Source: Macrostomum lignano
Taxonomy: Eukaryota
NCBI GenBank assembly: GCA_002269645.1
Contig: NIVC01000284.1
Span: forward strand, 248,001-312,000
Length of the DNA stretch: 64,000 bases
Direction of reading: 5' to 3'
A model generated the notes under the pieces. The model searched no databases. It was not told the DNA's origin and saw only the letters and a list, made by a program, of their open reading frames with translations. The position numbers and the translations under genes were made by a program. This document shows positions 1-12,330 of the stretch, piece by piece; positions within the stretch are counted from its first letter, which is position 1, and each line of letters opens with the position of its first letter.

Positions 1-484
1 TTTAATTGTAAAGTAAATTTATGTTTTACAAAATTATAAAACAGTAAGGAACGATACATCATCTTCATAAGGCCAAGATTTTATATCCTTGCTTTGCATC
101 TCTGATCCAATAATCTTCAGATTATCCGCAGAGGGTCCTCACTGTGAACTATGACTGCCATGCTCCAGGATATCTTATCCAACCTATCTGTCATGTTTTT
201 CTCTTGGCAACTAACGGTTCGATGCGAGGTCGTCTGAGCCAGAACTGACTACAGAATCTGCAACTTTAACTGATGTCATTTTTTGTGGCTCTGTAGCTTC
301 ATCTAGATTAATAATACTCATATGTCTTATGGCCTCAGGGTAAACGCAGAATCTATATCTAAGGCAATTTATTTATCAAATTTCTAAGGTCATATCTTGC
401 TTCTATCATAGCTTGCTTATAGGAATAATTTTGTTCAAATCTCAAAAGAATATTTTACTTAAATAAAACACCCGTAGTGTCATA

Positions 485-1313
485 CTTGTTAGACAGGGGA
501 TAGTGTCACACCTGTTAGACAGGGGATAGTGTCACACCTGTTAGACAGGGGATAGTGTCACACCTGTTAGACAGGGGATAGTGTCACACCTGTTAGACAG
601 GGGATAGTGTCACACCTGTTAGACAGGGATAGTGTCACACCTGTTAGACAGGGGATAGTGTCACACCTGTTAGACAGGGGATAGTGTCACACCTGTTAGA
701 TAGGGAATAGTGTCACACCTGTTAGACAGGGATTAGTGTCACACCTGTTAGACAGGGATTAGTGTCACACCTGTTAGACAGGGGATAGTGTCACACCTGT
801 TAGACAGGGGATAGTGTCACACCTGTTAGACAGGGGATAGTGTCATCTGTTAGACAGGGGATAGTGTCACACCTGTTAGACAGGGGATAGTGTCACACCT
901 GTTAGACAGGGGATAGTGTCATCTGTTAGACAGGGGATAGTGTCACACCTGTTAGACAGGGGATAGTGTCACACCTGTTAGACAGGGGATAGTGTCACAC
1001 CTGTTAGACAGGGGATAGTGTCATCTGTTAGACAGGGGATAGTGTCACACCTGTTAGACAGGGGATAGTGTCACACCTGTTAGACAGGGGATAGTGTCAT
1101 CTGTTAGACAGGGGATAGTGTCACACCTGTTAGACAGGGGATAGTGTCATCTGTTAGACAGGGGATAGTGTCACACCTGTTAGACAGGGGATAGTGTCAT
1201 CTGTTAGACAGGGCAGAGTGCCACACCTGTTAGACAGGATCGATAGTGCCACCTGTTAGACAGGATCGATAGTGCCACGGAGTGCTACACCTGTTAGACA
1301 AGGCAGAGTGCCA
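485..1313. repeat. 26-bp minisatellite (ACACCTGTTAGACAGGGGATAGTGTC)n, about 30 units, intronic in the UNC-5-like gene
   Basis: Period 26 read directly (tagtgtc at 501 and 527); some shorter 23-bp variants; degenerate units run up to the splice donor at 1321. Confidence 0.97.
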
Positions 1314-1321
1314 CAACTCAC

Positions 1322-1505
1322 CGCGAATCCACAGCTCGGCGGGCCTGGAGTGCAGCTGCAGACCCGGCAGCTCGGCCACGCAGCTGTAGTTGCCCCGGTC
1401 GTGCAACTCCAGGGGCCGAATGATGAGCTGCTTCTGATGGTCGATGGTCACGCGGTCACCCAGGGCCGCCATGTCCAGTGGTTGGCCGTCTTTTAACCAT
1501 TTCAC
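1322..1505 (-). CDS. unc-5: UNC-5-like netrin receptor, exon 4 (second half of Ig2); gene continues beyond the left edge
   Basis: Acceptor ggtcag at 1506-1511 and donor GTGAGT at 1321-1316. Encodes VKWLKDG...DRGNYSCVAE...PAELWIR, an Ig I-set W and DxGxYxC signature. Phase 0 start matches the upstream exon. Confidence 0.9.
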
Positions 1506-2308
1506 CTGACCAAAATGACGGTTTTTTTGACAGGGTTAAAGATTACAGGTAAGTACTAAAAAAAAAAACTTTAAACTGGAACTGTTGCTAATTATGTAAC
1601 ACCTGGAAGCAGAGGTCTAGGAGACTTGGGGGGACCTGGGGGGCTCCAAAGAACCCCAGAAGCCATCGTCGAATCGTTTAAGAGGCGCCCTACTGAGCTG
1701 CTAAATGATGCAAGGTGACACAATCTTCACCTTAACCTAACCACCTTGGCCTCACGCAAGGATAATTTCTAGTCTTTACTTGACTCGACGGGGGGTTCCT
1801 TTCGGAGTTGGGACTAAGCTAGCTGGCACTCAATTTTCGATTTATCCTCGGGGAGAGAAGCGGAGTGTAGCAAAACAGAACGATATATAATTAATATTTA
1901 ACACATGGGGGTGGTAATAAATTTGTGTTTCCTGAGTATTGCCGTCTTTGTCTTGTCGGATCCTGAGGGCCTCGGGGAGCAGACGGGCAGAAGAAGTGTA
2001 TCCACTCCTTGCTTCGATCGACCGAAAGCCCCCCCCCCCTATGCCGCTCGAACTATTAATTATGGGGATTATTTATGTCCAGACAGCCAGAATCCTCATC
2101 TGAGGCATAAAGCATCGATAAAATTCACCCCTCAAGAGGGCCATCTGTCGCTTGTCTGGCGACTGAGCTAAGGTCTGTCTGAATGGCGCTTCGCATTCCC
2201 CTTCAGTGAAAGCTCAAAAACAACTGGCAGGTTCTTCCCTGACCCCGTTTCTCTTCTAGCACACCTGAAATTACCCTACCACACTTTTCTATCATGTCTT
2301 TCAGAGGT

Positions 2309-2770
2309 CTAGCAACTCTGACATCCTTCTAGCAACTATGACATCCTTCTAGTTACTCTGACATCCTTCTAGCAACTATGACATCCTTCTAGTTACTCTG
2401 ACATCCTTCTAGCAACTCTGACACCCTTCTAGCGACTCTGACATCCTTCTAGCAACTCTGACATCCTTCTAGCAACTCTGACATCCTTCTAGCAACTCTG
2501 ACATTCTTCTAGCAACTCTGACATCCTTCTAGCAACTCTGACATCCTTCTAGCAACTCTGACATCCTTCTAGCAACTCTGACATCCTTCTAGTTACTCTG
2601 ACATCCTTCTAGTTACTCTGACATCCTTCTAGCAACTCTGACATCCTTCTAGCAACTCTGACATCCTTCTAGTTACTCTGACATCCTTCTAGCAACTCTG
2701 ACATCCTTTTAGCAACTCCGACATCCTTTTAGCAACTTTGAGATCCTCCTAGCAACTCTGACATCCTCCC
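2309..2770. repeat. 20-bp minisatellite (CTAGCAACTCTGACATCCTT)n
   Basis: About 23 near-identical units, ending about 30 bp from the donor at 2800. Confidence 0.97.
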
Positions 2771-2800
2771 AGCACCTCATCCTCATCATATGATTCTTAC

Positions 2801-2910
2801 CTGCGGTTTCGGCGTCCCTTTCGGAGGAGTGCATGACAGGATCACGCTATTGGCAGATTTGGATACATTCATTGGCACCGGGTCGAACTGGAACCGGTCA
2901 GACTCGAACG
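2801..2910 (-). CDS. unc-5: UNC-5-like netrin receptor, exon 3 (start of Ig2); not in the ORF track
   Basis: Acceptor ttatttgaag and donor CAG|gtaaga; 110 nt, phase 1 in and phase 0 out. Encodes AFESDRFQFDPVPMNVSKSANSVILSCTPPKGTPKPQ, matching the UNC5 Ig2 start (F..EP...LxCxPPxGxP). Confidence 0.9.
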
Positions 2911-5101
2911 CTTCAAATAAGAGAGACGGTAGAAAATATTAAATGACAATATTATTGTAATGAACTTCAAATGGAGCTTAACTTTAAAATTCATTTCAAG
3001 CCTTAGACTGCTAGTAAACCCAACCTGTAATTCTATCATCGTTTGCACCTATGCAGAGCTGAAGCTAAATTTCGCGGGCAATTAGAAACAAGCGCACAAT
3101 AGCGTCATAACAATGCGAGATTTCAGATGTGGCCTGCCCTGTGTGGCAAGTAAGATCTAATTACCCATCTCAGGTATACGTTTTTATTAATACACAACAC
3201 ATACACACACCCTGCTGAAGAATACAATTTGGCAAATTCTAAGCCAATAATAAATATGTATGCAAGCGTATTAGCATCAGAGCTAAACTGACACATTTAA
3301 TAAGGCAAGGGTTAGAGAATGAATGTATCACAGAGAGGACCAGAGAAGAACCGAACAATGGTTGGTGAAGGTACGGAGTGCATATGTCGTGACAAGCCAG
3401 CTTAAATTGTCGGGTTTTTTTCTCACACTCTCTCAACACCCCCCTAATATTTCGCTTCATTCTGTCTATCTGCATCTGTCTATTTCATATACCACTGGCC
3501 TAGCATCTCTACAAGCCAACTAGGACCCCAATGCTTAATAAATTACGATTGTATTATTTACCCTATTATGCGCATGGCTTTAGGAATTGAGAACTGCTAT
3601 GCAGTGCTATATGCTGAGTAGGTTGAGCACTTGTTCAAAGCCGTGGAGTATCTTGACTTGACTTGACTTGGCCCTGCATGGTTAATGACTGACTGACTGA
3701 CTAAGACATGGCAGCATGATCCTCGTATTACACGCAAAAGCGAAGGAAATATTCCATAAGCTGTTTGCACAAGGGAAAGGGCTGGACGGATTGCCCGAGT
3801 CAGGTTGTTCTCGTAGTAAAGTACCCTCCCTTGCCTAGAATTTTTTGCCTTTTTTTCTTTTTCACTTCTCCACTGGCTTTGGGACTGTTTGCTAGCAAGT
3901 GAGTGGAGCGAGATTCTTGTTGAAGTGGCTCGCTCAGCTTCTACCCACTCCGTTTTGTCTTGTCGCTGTGTTTTTCATTAAACACTCGACTTGAATCTTA
4001 ATCGAGCTGTTTAATTTACACGCAGATCCCTATGCAATGCACTCAAATGCATAAAAAAATTAAGCAGATCTACGCGCGTAATCAAATGATGACTAACCTG
4101 CATGCCAATGCCATTAATGATTTTTCGCTTTCGTCCCTAAAATCGATCATCTTTTGCCTCTGAGTTCACTTCAGTCTGGTCCTTTACCCTTGGCTAAGGT
4201 GGGGGGGGGTCCATTCTCGAAGCCTTCTCCACTGTTCAATGATGCGCAACAGACCCAAGTGGAGCACAAACTAAAGGAGAGGCCTGCAGTATTATAAAGC
4301 TAAATAATACTAAATATATATGTTGATGTATACACTATTTATTCGCTCAACTCAAGCGTGCTGTCATTGCCCAGGGATGCGTGCAAGACCTAAGGCCTTC
4401 TCTCTTTTGATTATTGCTTTGCTTCTTCTGTCATCAAAATCTCTTTTTCAACAGACCTCTCTATGTCGGTCTGTCTTTTCCGCTTCAGCCTCGTGCAGTC
4501 ACACGCGCATTCCATAGCCTTTTCAGCGCCCCCTTCCCGCTAGCATTTATTCGCATTTAAATAGACTATAGAACCGGAAATAATCGATTCCAATCTTAAT
4601 CCATGCTTCTACGCACAATCTTCTTGCAATTTTACTATTCTAGATTTGATGAAATTTGCGCGAAAATATTCCCGAAGCCACCTGTGCTTTATGGCTCCAT
4701 TTTGCGCAGGTGCGAATTCGCAATCATTTCCTGTATGGCTCTGCCAGTAGTAAATTTAGAAATCAACGACTAGTGAACCGAAATTTCTGCCCCCCCAAAT
4801 ATTAAAGCGACTTTTACGAAATGTATTGCTAAACATGTCTGTACGTTTTCGATGTACATAGTCTCATTAGAAATGCCATTGTGTGGGTGAATTCTATTTG
4901 GAGTACTTGCATCGTCAATAGGGAGCTTCAGCTTTGATTCATCGGTACAATTTGTAACTGAATACATTTGTTACTAAAAAATATGCATAATTCTTCGTAA
5001 ATAATGGAATTGCTAATTAAATTATAATCAATTGAAGATATTCATGATTCAATACAAGCCAATCGACGTACATTTTAAAATTTAAACTAGAAGTCGCTTA
5101 C

Positions 5102-5494
5102 CTGCCATACGAACCAGCGCCCTTCGACTGACAATCTTTCTCAGGGTGTTGTTGAGCTGCGGTATGTGGTTCCAGGCCTCGCAATTGCAGTAGAACTCCT
5201 CGCCGCTCGCTTCGCCGTCGCCGCCAGCCGCTTTCCATTGTTGAACGTCGGCGAATTCGATTGGCACCGAGAATCGCTGCCGACCAGGCTGTTCGTGATC
5301 GGACATGATCTCCAGCTTGCGGTTGAGCACACGACCGTTGCACAGGATGGTGACGTATGAGGACGTGTCTGCCGCGCACTCGATCACTGCCGGAGTCTTC
5401 ACCGAGGTGTAGTACAACGGCCGCGGCTGGATGACCAGCTTTGGTGCGGACGATAGCATCGCCTCCCTGTTGCTGATTTCCGGCACTTGATTGC
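5102..5494 (-). CDS. unc-5: UNC-5-like netrin receptor, exon 2 (Ig1); frame stays open upstream to an ATG at 5594
   Basis: PKLVIQPRPLYY...VIECAA...ILCNG...FYCNCEAWN...SRRALVRMA resembles UNC5 Ig1 (EPxDxYI...CNGEW...YWCQCVAW...SRRAYVRIA). Acceptor aaaatttcag at 5495-5504; donor G|gtaagc at 5101. Confidence 0.88.
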
Positions 5495-7592
5495 CTGAAA
5501 TTTTATTTTCCAAAGCCGTTGCAGAAAACAACGATAAGCTGATCAGGAAGGTGACTAGAGTGCACGGTGCTGTTGACAGCCCAGCAGAATGCATTTTGAA
5601 GATCTTGGACCGGCTGACTTGATCAGCTGATGGTTGACTTCGATTCGGCTTATATATTTGTACAGGCTCGATCTTGTGGACTGTTTTGCTCTCCTGGTTT
5701 CCTTGTGGGCTCGTTGTCCCGAATTCGGGTCTTATTTTTGAGGGGGGCGGCTTGGGTTTCGAAAATCGTTGAAGTGGATGGAAGCGGTCGTTCTTTCTCT
5801 TTCTCTCTCTCAGGCTCTGCTACGATATAGCTCTTTATTATAAAGAGTTACATTCGCAAGTTCCTAGCTAGAGGATCCTAGAAGCCTGGGAAACGTATCG
5901 AATGTTTGGTTGCTGACTTCTGCAGTTCCGCTACAGATTAGCTGTAGCCTGTAGGTTTTTGGCTGCTACTTGCTTCAAGTTGGAGCAAGCTAAATTCTAA
6001 ACCTATGATGCGCTGCTACTTCGCAAATTTTGTACGGATCCAGCAGGTTATCTATTGAAAGGCAGCCTGCTGTGTCTTAATGTGTCTCGCTCCTTTGGTC
6101 TCCTCTCTGTCGTCCTTTTATAATTCTTCTCTCGCGCCAGTAGCAAGATCGCTAGCTCCCCGTCTCTCTCTGTGTAGCAGCGATTGTTGTGTGGTGTTTA
6201 ACTGTAGCGATAGCTGACACTGAATAGTCTGTCGGGGGCCTGGGGTCTGTCGCCTCGTTGACAAGAGAATTCCACTTGTATTGTCGCTTCCTAAACACCC
6301 CGACTTGTTGTAAAAGCTGCGGCTGACTGGAGGGCTTAGAAATTCTTTAGAAATGCGTTCGTTTTGGTTAAATGGAACAGGAGCAGTGCGCCTCTCTTAT
6401 TGTTAGCTTGTCACAATTAAGCTCTGTGAGGAGGCCAGTGGAGACTTGTATACGAGAAGCTACATTATGCTTTGTGAGCTTCCCAAAACCAGGCAGCCAA
6501 CCAAAACGCATCTACAAATGTCGCGATACAGCCAACCCCAAGCTTACTCCTCACTCTTGCCCTCTCTCCTTCTGCCTCGGTCTCTTTCCTTTTCACAAAA
6601 AAATTCTCCCCGTATAGAGTCCCAGCAGCCAATCCAAAGCGAAAGAGGATATACGGGCATCTTATCCTGTGTGTATGTCTAGCCCCTACCAATGCATTTT
6701 TGTTCGGCCCGCCGCCCCACAGGTCTTAGAGAAACATCGTCAATCTTCTTAGAAGGAAATATCATTTTCGAGGGGCCAGACTTGGGGTCCTGGAAGAGTC
6801 TCCTGGGGAAATCATCTTTTATGTTAAAGCAGGTAGTTTACTAAATCTTTGTTGCCAACCAAGTGTAGAGATGCAAGGGTCCGTCTGTCTCCTTGGTGAT
6901 AAAGGCTTTTTGGACTATTTGGACAGTGCAACAGTATCAAAATACTCCGTCAATATGGAGCACGAAAAGCCTGGGCAACTATCTTCTTCTGTGATCTTAT
7001 TTATGCGGTTTGCTTTGCTTAAAAGTTTTACGATGCAGGTTTCAACTGGTAGGAGGCGCTTTTTGAAGTTTACGAGCCTATTAGACTGCGGCTTTGTGTT
7101 AGCAATTGTAAAATTCCGGCAGCAAAGTTGATTAATTGCAGGGTGAACCGGCTTTCCTTCGCATGTTGGGACTTCTTAAGACTCTTTCTAAAGTTTGTCT
7201 TTGGTTTGAGAACTAAAATTGCTTAATTTCGAGTTCAAGAGAACCCGACTAACAAAATTATATTAGGAGCAATTTCTTAGTTCGTCTGGGACCCTGGATG
7301 GCGCTTGGTGGCCTATTGTTGAAAAAATTGACTTCATTCACTTCGAAGAGTTTCATTTCTGGGAAGAGACAGACAGACAGACTGGAGTGTTATAATTTAT
7401 TGCTTCATGATAAATATTTTGTATTCTGCACTATTATCTTTATGAGCTAGAGTCTAGAGACAGTTTTGCAATTTAAACGGATAGACGCCTCTAGGTCCTA
7501 GGAGTCCACAAAAATATCCAATATTGTATGTAAGAAAAATATGCTATACACCTGCGTGACCTGCTTATGCGTGTGCTTATAAAAGGTGCCAG

Positions 7593-8579
7593 ATGGCGCC
7601 CCTTGGTGCTTGGCGCCCCTTGGTGCTTGGCGCCCCTTGGTGCTAATTGGCGCCCCTTGGTGCTTGGCGCCTCTTGGTGCTAATTGGCGCCCCTTGGTGC
7701 TAATTGGCGCCCCTTGGTGCTTGGCGCCTCTTGGTGCTAATTGGCGCCCCTTGGTGCTTGGCGCCCCTTGGTGCTTGGCGCCCCTTGGTGCTTGGCGTCC
7801 CTTGGTGCTTGGCGCCCCTTGGTGCTAATTGGCGCCCCTTGGTGCTTGGCGCCCCTTGGTGCTTGGCGCCCCTTGGTGCTTGGCGCCCCTTGGTGCTTGG
7901 CGCCCCTTGGTGCTTGGCGCCCCTTGGTGCTTGGCGCCCCTTGGTGCTTGGCGCCCCTTGGTGCTTGGCGCCCCTTGGTGCTTGGCGCCCCTTGGTGCTT
8001 GGCGCCCCTTGGTGCTTGGCGCCCCTTGGTGCTTGGCGCCCCTTGGTGCTTGGCGCCCCTTGGTGCTTGGCGCCCCTTGGTGCTTGGCGCCCCTTGGTGC
8101 TTGGCGTCCCTTGGTGCTTGGCGCCCCTTGGTGCTAATTGGCGCCCCTTGGTGCTTGGCGCCCCTTGGTGCTTGGCGCCCCTTGGTGCTTGGCGCCCCTT
8201 GGTGCTTGGCGCCCCTTGGTGCTTGGCGCCCCTTGGTGCTTGGCGCCCCTTGGTGCTTGGCGCCCCTTGGTGCTTGGCGCCCCTTGGTGCTTGGCGCCCC
8301 TTGGTGCTTGGCGCCCCTTGGTGCTTGGCGCCCCTTGGTGCTTGGCGCCCCTTGGTGCTTGGCGCCCCTTGGTGCTTGGCGCCCCTTGGTGCTTGGCGCC
8401 CCTTGGTGCTTGGCGCCCCTTGGTGCTTGGCGCCCCTTGGTGCTTGGCGCCCCTTGGTGCTTGGCGCCCCTTGGTGCTTGGCGCCCCTTGGTGCTTGGCG
8501 CCCCTTGGTGCTTGGCGCCCCTTGGTGCTTGGCGCCCCTTGGTGCTTGGCGCCCCTTGGTGCTTGGCGCCCCTTGGTGG
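7593..8579. repeat. 17-bp GC-rich minisatellite (GGCGCCCCTTGGTGCTT)n, about 57 units
   Basis: Period 17 (the ORF track repeats every 17 aa); occasional GCTAATTGGCG variant units. Confidence 0.98.
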
Positions 8580-10319
8580 CGCAATATACCCTAATTTGAA
8601 ATCATGGCTACGCCAGTGGGTATGTATTCCTAATTTTCTAAAATGAGCTCATTTTTTATCAAATGAGTCATTACTATTAATTTTTTGAAGAAATTGTAAC
8701 TTTGGCCTTCGCCTTTTGATGTCAAGATTATCGTGAAGATTTTGAGCGGACTTGAAAGAGCAGCAGTTCCTCTTTGCCAGGACTTGACCAGCTTTTGTGG
8801 GAATCGCAGATAGAATGCATGCATGTATCATCATAGGAGCCCCAGGAAACGACAGACGGAACCCTCGTGTGGGCTGGACTTGGGACTGGCACTGGTTAGT
8901 TCAGCGAAGCCAGCTGCAGTTAGCCGGGCAGCGAACAGGAGAATTGACGGTCAGGGACATGTGACGCTTCTGGGTCTTCGGTAGGACAATCGTGAATTCA
9001 ACTGAAGACAAACTAAAGTCAGTAAACTAAAGAAGTCGCGAAGTTTTAACAGATTTAGAAAATGGGGAAAAATTTTTCTGTCGCAAGCAAGAACTTCTTC
9101 AACTTTTCTGAAAGCGTTATACTTGAAGCCCCCACACGGCCAGGCATGTCGATTTCTGCTTTGCTTGCTCTGTCTTACTTTCACAAGATTACCAGAAAAG
9201 ATTAGGAGTGCCGGGTCTTAACTTTAAAACTCTAAATCTGTGGATTATGCAATTCACCTTAGATGAGGGGCGCAACATTCGGTGCAGTTCAGCTCAGACA
9301 GACAGATTACAGTTTTACCTTCGCAGAAATGTAGCATTACAAAGGATTTATAAAGCACGTATTCCCAAAAACTAAAACAGAAAGTAGGATATTTCAATAA
9401 TTCTTCCCCGAGAGCGCAACAGCTGGTCAACTGGCTTTGGGGGTTGCGCCATGCACAGAGGCGATAGAAGCGACATGGAGACTAGATGGAGCTCAATGAT
9501 TAGACCTTCAAAACTCCCTCCTATTCGAAGATATTTCAGGCTGATATTGCATCGGGCCTTTCATCTGAACCCCCCCCCCCCAAGCGGAAAGATTTTCCTA
9601 TCGAAACGCAAAAACGGAGAAAGAGAATGATTTGACTTTCCAGCAAGTTTTTCCCTTCATAACGGAAATAATTTTCATTCTCGCACTGCCATTCCTCACT
9701 TCTTCAGAAAGATAACGTTGCTATGGTATCAGGATAGCAAGCTTACAGAGCGAAGAGGTCTCGGTCTCGTACCGCATACCTAAGCGTAATAGGCTAATGC
9801 TGTCCATAGCATAGCAGCCTTGTCCTTAGATTAGAATTTTGCCAATTCAGTTGTGTTGAACACCGTTTGTGGCATTCCAATGAACCTCCCACTTCCGGGG
9901 AAATCCTATAGCACTGGGGACGCGCGGAACAGACTGGATTTTAGGCAACAGAAGTTGGCGTAAAGACAGGGAATTGAAATTGCGTTTTTGTCGGCAGACA
10001 ACAAAACTGTCTGCAAGTGATTGTGTGTCCCTGTCTGTGTGTGCTTGCACTCCGTTCGAAGTCCGGCTTCAGTTTTGCTTTGCGCAATTCCCTAGCAGCA
10101 TATCACTATCGACCTTTTCCCGTTGGCCATATGGCTCTTTTTGGCTGCCCGAAAGCAGCTTCAATAGGCTTAGGGTATATTAGAAAAAAAAAATTTTCAT
10201 TCGTTGCGTCAATGCAGTACTATTGCTGGACGACAACTGACGCGTAAGGCGTGTGGCTGTCGTGGACCAAATTTTAGAAGAAAAAAGGAAACATAAAATA
10301 AAAAAATACATTAAAATTG

Positions 10320-10581
10320 GGCCTCTCCATCCGGCTCTCCGGATCCTTTGAAACTTCATAGTAGCAATCTGGCCGTCTCTCTCGTCTCTCGTCTCTCCTC
10401 TTCTCTCCTCTCTCCTCATGTCTTGTCTACTCGCTTCTACTTTATTACCACACCTCGTTCCCTTCTCCTATTTCTGTTCTTTCTTCTCTATTCCCACTCC
10501 CTCTCTTCCCTCTCTTTCCCACAGTCATGAGCTGGTTTCTCTGTCTGATCGTTTAGGGTAGAGAAGTTTGCCGACTCTTTG
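10320..10581. mobile_element. Degenerate, 5'-truncated copy of the hAT/Charlie-type MITE
   Basis: Shares GGATCCTTTGAAACTTCATAGTAGCAATCTGGC and a CT-rich core with 12331-13118; degenerate right TIR TTTGCCGACTCT at 10567-10578. Confidence 0.6.
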
Positions 10582-12330
10582 GATTAAAAAGCCGTTGCAG
10601 CTACTAGAGCCTCTACTAAGAGCAGCATGCTTCGATTTTTAAATCGAAAAATGAAATACTTTAAAATTTACTGCGCACTCGCCTTGGCTCCGTAAATTGA
10701 TATTTCTAGAATAATCGGATCATTACAAAATATCCAGAGTGAAGTTATCAAAAGACTATAAATAAGTGTATGAGCTCCTTCAGAGAATCCTGTCTAGGAA
10801 CCTTTCTAGAAATCGTTTTAAAATTTATTCTATTAAGTTTAAGGATGAAATCATAGCCCGCGGGCCGCGGTCAAGTGTCACACGAGATGACAACAATAGG
10901 GAAGTTTTTTTATACCGGTAGATCTAATCCTTAATACCAGAACATATCAGACCACAGGGCAGACTTTAGTTGATAATCCATCTTTTCTTTCATTCATCAA
11001 GTAAGTCGGTCCTCCCACTCAACTGTGCTATGGACCAGATCGACAGAGTTACAACTGGTCAAATAGAGAGAGAGAGACAGATGAAGAGCACAACAACAAG
11101 CGTTGACTTGGGGTTGCCTGTCCCGCTTTGAGAGTAAGGCCAATCCACCACATGCTTATAATATAATAGATTTATATGTATGGCTTGGCATAAAGAGGAG
11201 GGGCCTTTACAGTCGCATGCTAACAGAAATGCGCATAGCTACCTACACAATACACTAATTCATTCATATACAGACTGAGTGAAGGAGGGAGGAGGGGTTG
11301 ACACACACACACACACCACACACAGAGAGAGAGATTGGCATCGGCAGAGACTGACTGTCGCCACAGGGCCAGACACACTCGCTCACTCAGATACCCACCA
11401 CAAGCGGGCACTGGGTAGACAGGCATGTGGACCATTGACAATTTGGGTGGGGGGGGGGCTGGCCTAAAACATGACAGGGGGAAGAGGAGGTGGGGAACCG
11501 GCCTGTCTGTGCCGTCTGTGCCATGTTGGACCGACGAAAGGGAAGGGCCGCTGGGGGCTCGCCAATCCAACTAGGGGGGCGTGGAGGTTGGCGCTGGCGA
11601 CGGCGGCGCCGCGCGGCGGCGGCTGTGGCTGCAGCGGAGACAGTGGCGGCTGGCAGTCTATCTCTCTCTCTCTCTCTCTCTGCTTCTGTCTATTTTTTTT
11701 CTCTCTCTCTCTCATTGAAACCCCATTGGCTTGATAATTGTTCCAAAAAGGGCCTTGCATGGCAATATAGTGGGTGGCTTAGGGCTTGGGGTGGGGTTAG
11801 AGACAGTGGCTCTTGGCTGTGTTGTAATAGCTAAAATGTAATGTTAATGCATGCTGCTTGTGGCCCAGCGCATGCATAGTTGGGCATGTCATGCCAATCT
11901 TTGAAGTGGGCTTCTGCTTTTTGTTATCTGCCGAAAAAATGCACAAGAACGGACGAGAGAAGCCCAATAGTTCGATAATTTTCCCAGTTGCTGTCAAGTG
12001 TCAACTGTGTGTGTGTGATTGCTGTGATTTTTTGTACTGTCCGACTGTTCAAGTTTTAACAACCTTACAGGAAATTACAGATTTTAGACCAGTAAAAAAC
12101 TGCCTCTTTTTCGAATTGATTATTCTTTTAAGTATCTAGATAATTAAATTCTGCTAAAACTATATAATTACTCTTTAATCAGAAAGAGAGATAAATTTTG
12201 GTGGCAGATGACTTGGAGACACAGAAATGGGACACCAAATGCAGGTGTCCACTCCCAGCCCAGTCGATTATGATTTTCTTTTTGTCGATTTTCGCTTCGC
12301 CTCATGGACCTCTGGGTGGACTCTCTGGAG

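Noticed and set aside
40-330. Minus-strand codon-like stretch (NLDEATEPQKMTSVK...; DNLKIIGSEMQSKDIKSWPYEDD)
   Set aside because: Interrupted by stops and frame changes, no usable splice pair, and no similarity to the TSP1 domains expected next in UNC-5.
3650-3850. Possible retroposon 3' end with a (CAAGT)n tail on the minus strand
   Set aside because: Only three tail units and no recognisable body; not enough to call.
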